Notes under the pieces: generated by a model
Seen by the model: the letters and a program-made list of their open reading frames with translations, nothing else
Told to the model about the DNA's origin: nothing
The model's database searches: none
Source: Kofleriaceae bacterium
GTDB lineage: Bacteria; Myxococcota_A; Polyangia; Haliangiales; Haliangiaceae
Direction of reading: 5' to 3'
DNA length: 23,329 bases
Assembly: GCA_046597055.1 (NCBI GenBank)
Contig: JBKJLC010000151.1
Coordinates: 1-23,329 of the forward strand
Shown: piece after piece, positions 1 through 8,625 of the stretch
Numbering within the stretch: the first letter of the stretch is position 1
Layout of the letters: each line of letters begins with the position of its first letter
Position numbers and translations under genes: made by a program

Positions 1-232
1 CGTCGATGTTGCCGCGGATCGCCAGCACCGGCGCCACCGCGGCCAGCTCCTCCAGCACGCCGAGATCGCCGATGTCGCCCGCGTGGAGGATCGTCGTCGG
101 GGCCCACGCCGCCAGCAACGCGGTCGCGCGCGGATGCGGGTGCGAGTGGGTGTCGGCGACCACCGCGATCCGCAGCGGGCCGTCGGCCGGCGCCGCGATC
201 GCGGCCGAGGTCTTGAGCAGCGCCTGCGCCAT
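1..232 (-). CDS. Metallophosphoesterase, YfcE/MJ0936-like calcineurin-like family; 5' part only, runs off the window start
   Basis: Own translation from ATG at 232: [31 protein letters not shown]...ILHAGDIGD...LAIRGNID. Contains the DxH, GD and GNxD metallophosphoesterase motifs. Not in the ORF track because the stop lies outside the window. Confidence 0.9.
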   Translation of the reverse strand, partial: MAQALLKTSAAIAAPADGPLRIAVVADTHSHPHPRATALLAAWAPTTILHAGDIGDLGVLEELAAVAPVLAIRGNID

Positions 233-360
233 GCCCGGGTCTACCCCGTGGGCGGCCGCGGCGCCCGTCGCGGGCCCCGCGATCGACCGGTCAGCCGGTG
301 GCGCCCAGCGCCCGGAACCGCCGGCGCTCCCCAGCGGCGTTGCCGCGGATCCCCGCGGTC

Positions 361-3300
361 CTACTGGACGTTGCAGACCAGGTCGACGCCCGCGGTGGTT
401 CCACAATCGGTGCCGATCGGGGTCGCGCTGGTGATCGTCACCCACGTGTTCGACTGGCCGGTGCCGTTGGGGATCTGGAACCTGGCCATCGTCCAGGTGG
501 CGGTCGGGTAGGTCGTCCCGCTGAACGTGATCGCCGCGAGCTGCTGGTTGTAGACCTGGTACGCGTCGCCCTTGCCCGAGGCGGGCACCAGCCCCGACGA
601 CGTCGTGTTGTTGCCGTACTGCACGAAGCCGGTCGCGCAGCCGGCGCCGGCCGCGCTGCGCGCGCTGTTCGCGTAGCTCCAGCTGTTGGTGCCGGTCGCG
701 GTCGGGCTGCAGGTGCCCCAGCTCAGCATCGTGCCCGACAGGGTGCCGGTCGCGTTGCTCGCACAGGTCCGGTTCACGGTCGGCGTGTGGTTGGTGCAGG
801 TCGCGTCGCCGCCGCCGCAGTTGGACAGCGAGCCGGGGTTGTTGAGGAGGTTGAGGCTGTGATCGTTGTTGGCGTGGAGGGTCGCGCCGTTGGTCTGGGT
901 GAACTCGAGCGGCAGGTACCACTCGACCAGGCGCACGGTGCCGGCGCCCGGCACGCCGCTGGCGCTGTTGGTGAAGCGCAGCCGCGCGAAGCCGCGCGCG
1001 AACGTGCCGCCGCCGATGAAGGGCGACGAGTTGGTGGTGCTGGTGAACGGCGGGGTGCTCGCGTTGTTGGTGAGCCCGGTGAAGGTCTGGTTCCCGACGC
1101 CGAAGGTGGTGCCGGCGATCTCGAAGGTGGCGGTGAGCCGGTACACGACGTCGGTATGGGTGCCGCACGACGACGCCAGGCAGGTCGGCGCTGCCCCGCT
1201 CCACCCGGTCGCGCCGCAGGTGCGGGTCGGCGCGCCCACGATCGTGAAGCTCGGGTTGCACGCGTAGGTCGCGGTGGCGCCCAGGGTGGTCGCGGCCGCG
1301 TTCACGGTGCCGTTGGCCGGCGCGGTCAGCGCGCCGCAGTCGAACGGGGTCTGGCAGGTGGTCCCCGCGTAGCCGCTCGCGCACGTACACAGGAAGGTGG
1401 TCGCGCCGGTCGCGCTGCAGGTCCCGTTGTTGAGGCACGGGTTGGGCGAGCACGGGTTGGCGGTCTGCATCATGCAGGTCGGCGCGGTCCCGCTCCAGGT
1501 ACCGCTGGCCTGGCAGGTGCGGGTCGCGCTGCCGTTGAGCGTGAAGGTCGGGTTGCACCCATAGGTCGCGGTGGTGCCGAACGTGGTCGACGCGGTCGGT
1601 GCGGTGGTGATGGTGCCGTTGCCCAGCGTGCCGAGCGGCCCGCAGTCGACCGCGGTGCCGCAGGTCGCGCCGGTGTAGCCGGTGCCGGCGCAGCTGCAGG
1701 TGAAGCTGGTGCCACTGCCCGGGGTGCACACGCCGCCGTGCTGACAGGGCGTGGTGGAGCACGGGTCCGAGACCGCCACGCAGCTCGGGCTGGCGCCGGT
1801 CCAGGTGCCGTTGGGCTGGCAGGTGCGGGTCGGGTTGCCGCTCAGGGTGAAGCCGGTGTCGCACTCGTACTGGGCGACGCCCCCGGCCACCTGCGACGAG
1901 ACGGTGAGGTCGCCGTTGCTGGGCGCGGTGAGCGCGGGGCAGGTCGCGACCGTGTCGCAGGTCGGCCCCGAGTAGCCGGGCCGGCAGGTGCACGCGAAGG
2001 TGGTCGCGCCGGTCGGCGCGCAGCTGCCGCCGTTGGCGCACGGGTTGGGCGTGCACGCCGCGGCGATCTGACAGTTGGTCCCGCCGTAGCCGGTCGGGCA
2101 CGCGCACGTGTAGCTGTTGTCGGGGCCATCGGTGCAGGTGCCGCCGTTGACGCACGGGTTGGCCGCGCAGGCGCCGGCCCCGGTCGCGGTGCAGGTCAGG
2201 CCGTTGCCGGTGTAGCCGGGGTCGCAGACGCAGCGGCCATCGTCGTTGCCGTCGACCGAGCAGGACGCGTGCGAGTTGCAGAACCGACAGTCCTCGTGGG
2301 GGACGCAGAAGGTCTGCGGGTTGGTGCTGCCCGGCACCTGCGAGATGAACTCGGGCATCACCAGCTTGCAGGCCTGGTCGGAGAAGCACTCGAGCCCGTC
2401 GGTGCACGAGCGCAGGCACACGCCGTAGCCGCCGAGGAAGTCGAGGGCGCCGCTGGCGAGCGGCGGGTCGAAGGTCCCCTCGAGGTCGCGCAAGGTCTGG
2501 TCGGTGACGTTGCGGAATGGCGCCAGGCACTTGCCGTGCGGCCCGCACTCGATGTTCGACGCACAGTTGGGCTGGTTCGAGCAGTAGCCGCGCGGGAAGT
2601 CGAGCCCGATCGAAGCCAGGAACTCGGTCGGCGGCAGCGCCGCCTCGAGCGGATGGACCTCGGTCAGGCAGCGCGGGGTGCCGCGGACGTCGCACTGCGC
2701 GTCCGAGCTGCACGCCTCGCCGATCTCGCGATCGGGGACCACCGACTGGGTGCCGCAGGTCGGGCCCGAGAATCCCTCGGCGCAGGTGCAGGTGAAGCTG
2801 GTGCCGGCGGTGGCGCAGGTGCCGCCGTTCTGGCACGGGTTGGGGCTGCAGGCGCCGGCGGTGCAGCCCTCGGGCGGGCAGCTCGGGTCGGGCACGCAGA
2901 ACGAGGCGTCGTTGATCGCGCCCGGCACCAGCGTCACGAAGTCGGTGAGCGGCGGCTCGCACAGCTGCCCGACCTCGCAGTCGGAGGCGGCCGTGCAGGT
3001 GCGCAGGCACACGCCGTAGCTCGGCAGGAAGTCGAGGGTGCCGGCCGAGACTCCGAGCGGCGGCTCGAGCTCGCGCAGGGTGGTGGCGGTCACGTCGCGG
3101 AACGGCCGGTAGCAGGCGCCGCGCGCGCCGCAGTGGGCGTCGCTCGCGCAGTTGAGCACGCTCGAGCAGTAGCCGTCGGGGAACACCAGCCCGAGCGCGG
3201 CGAGCTCGGCGGGCACGCCGGCCAGCGAAGCCAGCGGCTTGATCTCGGCCAGGCACTCGGGCGAGGTCGGGCTCTCGCACTGCGACGCCAGGGTGCAGGG

Positions 3301-3468
3301 CGAGCCGACCGCGCGACCGCTGCTGGGGCCGCTACCGTCGATGGCGGCGTCGGTGGGGGTCGACGTCCCCGATCCGCAGCCGGCGAGCGCGAGCGCCCCG
3401 ATGACGGCGACGACGAGCATCCCGGCCGCACTCGGCAGGAATCCAGCGCGAGCAGGTGAGGCGTGCAT
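361..3468 (-). CDS. Large Cys-rich surface lipoprotein: two 12-Cys repeats, 6 EGF-like and 3 Sushi/CCP modules, unknown ~270-aa C-terminal domain
   Basis: Lipobox LALAG-C (Cys31). EGF patterns such as [26 protein letters not shown]. Sushi patterns such as [44 protein letters not shown]3-rich codons. Confidence 0.9.
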   Translation of the reverse strand: MHASPARAGFLPSAAGMLVVAVIGALALAGCGSGTSTPTDAAIDGSGPSSGRAVGSPCTLASQCESPTSPECLAEIKPLASLAGVPAELAALGLVFPDGYCSSVLNCASDAHCGARGACYRPFRDVTATTLRELEPPLGVSAGTLDFLPSYGVCLRTCTAASDCEVGQLCEPPLTDFVTLVPGAINDASFCVPDPSCPPEGCTAGACSPNPCQNGGTCATAGTSFTCTCAEGFSGPTCGTQSVVPDREIGEACSSDAQCDVRGTPRCLTEVHPLEAALPPTEFLASIGLDFPRGYCSNQPNCASNIECGPHGKCLAPFRNVTDQTLRDLEGTFDPPLASGALDFLGGYGVCLRSCTDGLECFSDQACKLVMPEFISQVPGSTNPQTFCVPHEDCRFCNSHASCSVDGNDDGRCVCDPGYTGNGLTCTATGAGACAANPCVNGGTCTDGPDNSYTCACPTGYGGTNCQIAAACTPNPCANGGSCAPTGATTFACTCRPGYSGPTCDTVATCPALTAPSNGDLTVSSQVAGGVAQYECDTGFTLSGNPTRTCQPNGTWTGASPSCVAVSDPCSTTPCQHGGVCTPGSGTSFTCSCAGTGYTGATCGTAVDCGPLGTLGNGTITTAPTASTTFGTTATYGCNPTFTLNGSATRTCQASGTWSGTAPTCMMQTANPCSPNPCLNNGTCSATGATTFLCTCASGYAGTTCQTPFDCGALTAPANGTVNAAATTLGATATYACNPSFTIVGAPTRTCGATGWSGAAPTCLASSCGTHTDVVYRLTATFEIAGTTFGVGNQTFTGLTNNASTPPFTSTTNSSPFIGGGTFARGFARLRFTNSASGVPGAGTVRLVEWYLPLEFTQTNGATLHANNDHSLNLLNNPGSLSNCGGGDATCTNHTPTVNRTCASNATGTLSGTMLSWGTCSPTATGTNSWSYANSARSAAGAGCATGFVQYGNNTTSSGLVPASGKGDAYQVYNQQLAAITFSGTTYPTATWTMARFQIPNGTGQSNTWVTITSATPIGTDCGTTAGVDLVCNVQ

Positions 3469-3492
3469 GATGAGGAACTCCTGGCGCGAGGT

Positions 3493-4509
3493 TCAGGGCG
3501 TCGCGACCGGCAGCACGTCGCGCAGATCGACGTCGGTCGCGAGCAGGTACGACATCGTGTATGGGGTCGACACCCCGTCGAGGCTGAGCGTATAGCTGCC
3601 ACCGGCGGCCATGCCGTCGTAGATCTCGAGCGCGGCATAGTCGACCGAGCCGCGCACGATCACGTCGGTGGCGCCGCCGGCGCCGCGCATCACGAAGTTG
3701 AGGACGCCGCGCATCATGCCGGCCCCACCGGTATCGACGTCGGTGGTCTGCGGGCCATCGATGACGATGCCGGTCAGATCCTCGAGCTGGTAGTACGAGA
3801 TCAGCGTGTTCGGATCGAGCAGCGCCTCGACGTTGACCGTGAAGCGATTGCGGACCGCGCCGCCGAACTCGGCGGTGGTTCCGACGTACTGGGTCATGCC
3901 CGTGCTGCCGAACCCGAGCAGCCGGGTCTGCGACGTGAACAGCGGCAGGTTGTAGAGGCGGAACACGTCCTCGGCGCCGGCTTGCGTCGTGATGTCGAGC
4001 GCCTCGACCACCGCACCCAGCGCCGTCATGCGCCGGGGCTCCCCGTCGATCGTGACGATCAACTGGGCGCCGTCGGGCTCGATCGACAGCCGCTGATCGA
4101 CTGGCGCGTCGAGATCGGTGCGGACCGCGCCGTCGCGCGAGTAGACCGAGATGTCGGGCTCGTGCGGGAACGTGTACACGAGCTCGTGGACCGCGAGGCC
4201 CTCGCCGTTGGCGCCGAGGGTGTACGAGCCGAACTCCAGCCGGGTCGAGCTGTCGTGCGCGACGAAGCCGCGGCCGTAGCAAGCCGACTGACCGAGCGGC
4301 ACCACCGCGGTCGGCTCGGGCCGGCCCAGCAGCAGGATCTCGGTGCCCTCGGCGGTCGAGCGCAGCCAGGTGCTGGTGGTCTCGACCCGGCCGAGCGCGT
4401 CGACGTCGCACGGCACCAGCGCGTCGCGCAGCCGGCCGAGCCCGTGGATGCCGGACGGGTCGCACCCGGCGACGAGCGCGAAAAGACAGAGCAGGAGGCG
4501 GGTGCGCAT
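3493..4509 (-). CDS. Hypothetical lipoprotein (338 aa), beta-rich, N-terminal part possibly lipocalin-like
   Basis: Start re-called at ATG 4509 (MRTRLLLCLFALVAG-CDPS: charged N-terminus, hydrophobic core, lipobox). The upstream part of track ORF 3493..5337 is an out-of-frame shadow of the barrel gene. Confidence 0.8.
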   Translation of the reverse strand: MRTRLLLCLFALVAGCDPSGIHGLGRLRDALVPCDVDALGRVETTSTWLRSTAEGTEILLLGRPEPTAVVPLGQSACYGRGFVAHDSSTRLEFGSYTLGANGEGLAVHELVYTFPHEPDISVYSRDGAVRTDLDAPVDQRLSIEPDGAQLIVTIDGEPRRMTALGAVVEALDITTQAGAEDVFRLYNLPLFTSQTRLLGFGSTGMTQYVGTTAEFGGAVRNRFTVNVEALLDPNTLISYYQLEDLTGIVIDGPQTTDVDTGGAGMMRGVLNFVMRGAGGATDVIVRGSVDYAALEIYDGMAAGGSYTLSLDGVSTPYTMSYLLATDVDLRDVLPVATP

Positions 4510-4532
4510 CGGGAGGTGCTCGTCGGATGCGG

Positions 4533-5285
4533 TCAGTGGTACCCGGCGAGCGCGAACGAGGTCGCGATCGGGATGACCCAGCTCGCGGGGTTCTTGTGGT
4601 CGGCGAGATCGATCAGGTCGAGCCCGACCGCGACCTGCCCCGACACCGTCAGCCAGCCGTTCAGGACGTAGTCGAGCTTGCCGAGCCCGCCCAGCCCGAC
4701 GCTGACGTTCTCGACCGGCGAGTAGTACGTGGAGGTCAGCGCGAACGCCTGAAAGTGGGCCCCGCCGCCGGCGGTGACGACCAGCCGCGGGGTCATCGGC
4801 AGCCGGCGCCCCACCATCAACATGCCGTCGAAACCTTCGTTGCGCTGATCGTAGTAGCTGCCGAGCGCGCCGGTGAACTCGCCGCTGGGGCCGCTCATCC
4901 GGCCCGACACCAGCGCGAACGCCGAGGCCCGCGCCATGAAGCCCCAGCGCCGGCCGATGAAGTAGTCGTACACGAGCGCCGGTCCATGGATGACGTAGCG
5001 GTCGGAGCGCTCGGTTGCGAACACCACGCCGTGGTAGCCGAGGCCGAGCCCGTGCTGGTGGACCCGCTTGGGCCGCGGCGTGCCCGGTGCCGGGTCCGGC
5101 GCAACCGCGAGCGCAGACGCCGCGGGGGCGCGCGCGGGCGCCTCGGTGAGCGCGTCGGGCGCAGGGGCCGCGCGGGCCCGGCTCGGGGCCGCACACGCCA
5201 GGATGATCACGCTCAGGCCCGCGAGGCCTCGGCTCGCGGCGACGAACGGTCCCGGCTGCACGCGGCGCGATCCAGTCTTCGCCAT
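4533..5285 (-). CDS. Probable small outer-membrane beta-barrel protein
   Basis: AGGAGG 8 nt before ATG. Signal-like segment ending ARA, Pro/Ala linker, then alternating amphipathic strands (GLGLGY, LVYDYF, GKLDYVL, VSGQVAVGLD) and a terminal strand SFALAGYH. Confidence 0.7.
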   Translation of the reverse strand: MAKTGSRRVQPGPFVAASRGLAGLSVIILACAAPSRARAAPAPDALTEAPARAPAASALAVAPDPAPGTPRPKRVHQHGLGLGYHGVVFATERSDRYVIHGPALVYDYFIGRRWGFMARASAFALVSGRMSGPSGEFTGALGSYYDQRNEGFDGMLMVGRRLPMTPRLVVTAGGGAHFQAFALTSTYYSPVENVSVGLGGLGKLDYVLNGWLTVSGQVAVGLDLIDLADHKNPASWVIPIATSFALAGYH

Positions 5286-5305
5286 CCACTGCCCTCCTGC
5301 CGCGC

Positions 5306-5345
5306 AAGCTAGCAGGTCCGGACCGCGAATGAAACACGTTCTACC
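5306..5345 (-). promoter_or_regulatory. Palindromic operator TGAAACACGTTCTA (5330-5343) plus extended -10 TGcTAGCTT for the barrel/lipoprotein/EGF operon
   Basis: Matches TnnAACnnGTTnnA. Near-identical architecture at 22421-22460. Confidence 0.75.
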
Positions 5346-5361
5346 TCAGCCGGAAACGGTT

Positions 5362-6312
5362 TCAGGCATGGGTCGTGCGCGCCGGGTCGGGGCGCGGGGC
5401 GCGGGCCGCGTGCTCGACGGTGGTGCTGGCGCCGGCGAGCTGCGAGGTGAGCAGGCTGCCGCTGCTGCCCGGCGGCAGGAGCGTGATCCGCGCCGCACTC
5501 TCGAGCAAGCGCTGGACCTCGAGCACGTCGAACATCGCGTCGCCGATCTCGCGATCGCGCGAGATCTCGCGCAGGGCGGCGCCGACGATCTCGGGCCGGA
5601 TCGCGGCGGCCCGCGCGAACTCGACCGCGGCCATGCGCTCGGCGCTGCTCGCGATCACGCTGACCTGGTTGGCGCCGTCCTGCCGGATCGCCGAGGTCAC
5701 CTGGCGCAGCCGGTTGACCACCTTCTCCTCGATCTGCTTGGTCATCCCGGCGTCGCGAAAGTGGACCTTGCGGATGTAGATCGAGCCGACCTTGAAGCCC
5801 CAGTCGTGCGAGCGCGGCGACACCTCCTCGCGCACGGTCTGCGACAGCTCGTGGCGGTTCTCGAGCAGCCGGGCCAGCTTCATGTTCGACAGGCAGCGCA
5901 CGGTCGCGTTCGACACGTTGGCGCGCAGCGAGCCGCGCGGATCCTGGTTCTTGAACAGGTACGCGACCGGATCCGAGATGAACATCTCGTACCAGACGCC
6001 GATGCCCATCGGCGCGCCCTCCTCGGAGTTGACCGGCTGCGAGCGCAGGTAGGTCTGGTCGATGCGCAGGTCGAGCACGTAGCGCTTGCCGAGCAGCGGC
6101 ACCAGCAGGGCCTTCAGCCCCATGCGCGGCCACAGCGAGGCCAGCCCGGGCTGGTCGTAGACCGCCGCGACCTTGCCGAACAGCGTGTAGACGTGGGCCT
6201 GGCGCTCCTCGACCACGATGTAGAAGCCGAGCATGCGCAGGAGCGCGAGCAGCAGCGGCACCCCCACGGTGAACGCGACCGCGGACACGACGGCGATGGC
6301 GAACAGCGACAT
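5362..6312 (-). CDS. SPFH (band 7/stomatin/HflC-like) membrane protein, 316 aa
   Basis: ATG at 6312 overlaps the upstream TGA (TGATG). N-terminal TM segment, then FYIVVEERQAHVYTLFGK...PGL, LDLRID, ISDPVAYLF, WGFKVGSIYIRKV, then a coiled-coil-like tail. Confidence 0.88.
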   Translation of the reverse strand: MSLFAIAVVSAVAFTVGVPLLLALLRMLGFYIVVEERQAHVYTLFGKVAAVYDQPGLASLWPRMGLKALLVPLLGKRYVLDLRIDQTYLRSQPVNSEEGAPMGIGVWYEMFISDPVAYLFKNQDPRGSLRANVSNATVRCLSNMKLARLLENRHELSQTVREEVSPRSHDWGFKVGSIYIRKVHFRDAGMTKQIEEKVVNRLRQVTSAIRQDGANQVSVIASSAERMAAVEFARAAAIRPEIVGAALREISRDREIGDAMFDVLEVQRLLESAARITLLPPGSSGSLLTSQLAGASTTVEHAARAPRPDPARTTHA

Positions 6313-7331
6313 CAGCGGAGCTCCATGAAGACGCGGTCGGCGCGCGGGTAGAGCCCGAGCCGCACGTTGCGGAGGTAGGCGGCCAGGGTGTCGGGCCCGA
6401 GCTGCTTGAGCGCGCCCAGCTGGGCGGCCAGCGCGCGCAGCGGCTCGACCTCGGCCTGGGCCTTGAGCGTCTCGATCTCGACCGCGCGCCGCGACAGCAC
6501 GATGCGCTGGTCGGCCGAGGCCTGGGCCAGGCTGATGTCGGACGACACGCTGTTGTGGGCGGTGTTGATCGCGGCCAGCGCCGACTCGACCTCGTGGGGC
6601 GGCGCGATCTCGGTGATGAGCGACGCGTCGAGGTGGACCCCGTAGCGGGCGACCGAGGCGGCGCACTCGGCATCCATCATGTCGTTGAGCAGCCGCAGGT
6701 TCTTGCGCAGGTCGTTGATCGAGATGCCCGAGATCGACGACTGGTCGATCGCGGTCCCGGCCTGGTCGTGGCTGGGCGCCTCGAAGTTGGCGATGCGCTC
6801 GCGCAGGATCGAGATGAAGAAGCCCATGACGTGGGCCGGCGGGTTCTTCACGCCGAACAGGTACGCGTACAGGTTCTGCTCGGAGACGCGGAAGCGGATC
6901 TGCCCGGTCAGGCCGACGTCGAGCTGGTCCTTGGTCACCGCGTCGAGCGTGGTGCCGCCGTGGTTGGCGGCGAGGTTCTCCGGGTCCCACGCCATGTTGA
7001 CGGTCTGGGTCGCGATCGACACCTTGCGCACCTGCTGCCAGGGCCAGCAGAAGTACGGACCGCCCGGGCCGATCACGTCGACCTGCGGATACGCATAGCG
7101 CGCCTTCTCGCTGTCGCGCATGAGGTCGCCTTCGGGCGTGTAGACGGTGGTCGCGCCCAGGATGCGGCGGGCCCGGCCGAAGCTGCACAGCACCGCGCGC
7201 TCGTTCTGATCGACGGTGTAGAAGCCCATGATCACGTAGCGGATCACGAACCACGCCGTGAAGCCGAGCGCGACACCGAGCAGCCAGTCACCGCCGTCCG
7301 CGGCCCGTACCTGCAGCCAGAGTTGTTGCAT
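6312..7331 (-). CDS. SPFH (band 7/stomatin/HflK-like) membrane protein, 339 aa
   Basis: Start re-called at ATG 7331. TM segment, then FYTVDQNERAVLCSFGR, GPGGPYFCWPWQ, AVTKDQ, YGVHLDASLITEIAPP, and an Ala/Glu-rich tail. Confidence 0.88.
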   Translation of the reverse strand: MQQLWLQVRAADGGDWLLGVALGFTAWFVIRYVIMGFYTVDQNERAVLCSFGRARRILGATTVYTPEGDLMRDSEKARYAYPQVDVIGPGGPYFCWPWQQVRKVSIATQTVNMAWDPENLAANHGGTTLDAVTKDQLDVGLTGQIRFRVSEQNLYAYLFGVKNPPAHVMGFFISILRERIANFEAPSHDQAGTAIDQSSISGISINDLRKNLRLLNDMMDAECAASVARYGVHLDASLITEIAPPHEVESALAAINTAHNSVSSDISLAQASADQRIVLSRRAVEIETLKAQAEVEPLRALAAQLGALKQLGPDTLAAYLRNVRLGLYPRADRVFMELR

Positions 7332-7411
7332 CCGGCGATGCTGCGCCCGGCCGGCCCCGGCGGCAACCGCGACGCGTGGCAAGTGGCCGCGCGACCGGGC
7401 CCGGGCCGCGA

Positions 7412-8140
7412 TCAGATCAGGTCGAGGATCACGCGGACGCCGCCCCCGTACAGCGTCGCGCCGTCGCCGAGCACCGGAAAATCGACCCGGGCATACCCAT
7501 CGATGATCGGCGATCGCGGACCCTTGCCCGGCAGGATCTGGAGCGTCAGCTCCGGGCCCAGGAGCAGCACGGTCTCGTCGGCGAAGCGCGTGGTGGCGGC
7601 CAGCCCCAGCGACACCGGCTTCACCCCGACCGCGGCGCCGAGGCGCCCGGACCAGTCCCCACCGTCGAGCGTGCGTCCGGCCTCGATCATGGCGCGCAGC
7701 CGCGGCTTCTCGAACGTCTTCGGCGTGCGCTCCTCGAGGAACTCGGCGAGCACGTCCTGGTAGATCTGCCGGCTGGTCGCCGCGAGCTCGGCGCCCTCGA
7801 GGGGCCGGCCGCCCGCGGCGGCCTGCTCGATCGCCTCCGCCACGCGGGCCTTGGCGCGGTCGGTCACGATGCCCTTGACGGTCTCGGCGTCGGGGACGAT
7901 CTGCACCTTGAAGATCGAGAGGTCGAAGCCGAACCCGAGGGTCCCGTCGGTGCCGCCGCCATCGGCGACCTGGATGCCGGCGCCGACGAACGGCCCGATG
8001 GCGACCGACCGGCGCGCGCGCTGGATGACGAGCGCGGCGATCCGCCGTGCGGTCGCGTCGTCGGCGTGGGCCGGACGGGCGTCGATCCCGGTCGCCGCGA
8101 TGCCCGCCAGGACCACCATCGGTACGAGCTGCTGGTTCAT
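7412..8140 (-). CDS. Hypothetical exported protein, beta-barrel-like with a helical insertion
   Basis: Purine-rich RBS (GAAGAAGGGA), signal ending AHA-DD, amphipathic strands, C-terminal GGGVRVILDLI. Confidence 0.7.
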   Translation of the reverse strand: MNQQLVPMVVLAGIAATGIDARPAHADDATARRIAALVIQRARRSVAIGPFVGAGIQVADGGGTDGTLGFGFDLSIFKVQIVPDAETVKGIVTDRAKARVAEAIEQAAAGGRPLEGAELAATSRQIYQDVLAEFLEERTPKTFEKPRLRAMIEAGRTLDGGDWSGRLGAAVGVKPVSLGLAATTRFADETVLLLGPELTLQILPGKGPRSPIIDGYARVDFPVLGDGATLYGGGVRVILDLI

Positions 8141-8258
8141 GAACTGGTCCCTTCTTCATCGAAGCTCGCACGGCGGCGGAGCCAGCTTCAAAGGCCACGG
8201 GTGGCATCCGGTGGCGATCGAGATCACGCGGGGGGTCGCGCGCGACGCCCCGGCGTGG

Positions 8259-8272
8259 TGGAACCGGTTCCA
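8259..8272. promoter_or_regulatory. Perfect palindrome TGGAACCGGTTCCA, putative operator
   Basis: Matches TnnAACnnGTTnnA. Lies in the divergent intergenic region 8141-8625. Confidence 0.65.
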
Positions 8273-8625
8273 GTTTCGGCAGGTGAAGCGCCTGCGCAGG
8301 TTGGTGGCCGGCGCCCCGGAAGGGATCGGCGGTTTCGGGCCGGCCGCCGCACCCGACCGCGCGGTGCTCGCCGCATGTGGTCGCGCCCCGCACCCGCCGA
8401 GATCGCGCGCGCCACCCGTCTGCAACAGCGCGATAGTGCGAACGTTCCGGGCCGCGCTGGAACGAGGGCTGCCGCGCGTCCGATCCGCGGGGGCGTGCTG
8501 CGGACCGCGGTGAGACGTCGTGGTGGCATCTGCTGCGCTTCACTGACAGCATGCGGTCCGGCCCCTGCGCCGACGTGCGCGGTAGTGTCTAGCCCCCGCC
8601 AACGCCCAGCTCGGAGCACCGCCCC

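Noticed and set aside
255..360. GC hairpins (e.g. CCGCGG-ATCC-CCGCGG) as intrinsic terminators
   Set aside because: No U-tract, and short GC stems arise by chance at this composition.
298..3459. 1053-aa plus-strand ORF, and similar long antisense or alternate-frame ORFs (3463..4671, 5068..6351, 8224..9417, 9939..11144, 14937..16865, 17133..18872, 21089..22447)
   Set aside because: Arg/Gly/Ala-rich shadows of real genes, expected in very high-GC DNA where stop codons are rare; no motifs.
361..3468. Eukaryotic contamination explaining the EGF/Sushi gene
   Set aside because: Bacterial lipobox, operon spacing, no introns, and the same codon bias as its neighbours.
5352..5364. GGAAACGGTTTCA as a fifth operator
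   Set aside because: It has a one-base spacer instead of two, lacks the initial T and overlaps the SPFH stop codon; at most a weak auxiliary site.
6312..8552. Track ORFs of 746 aa (6312..8552), 630 aa (5362..7254) and 614 aa (3493..5337) as fusion proteins
   Set aside because: Only the C-terminal parts are protein-like. The N-terminal extensions overlap other real genes in a different frame, so the starts were re-called.
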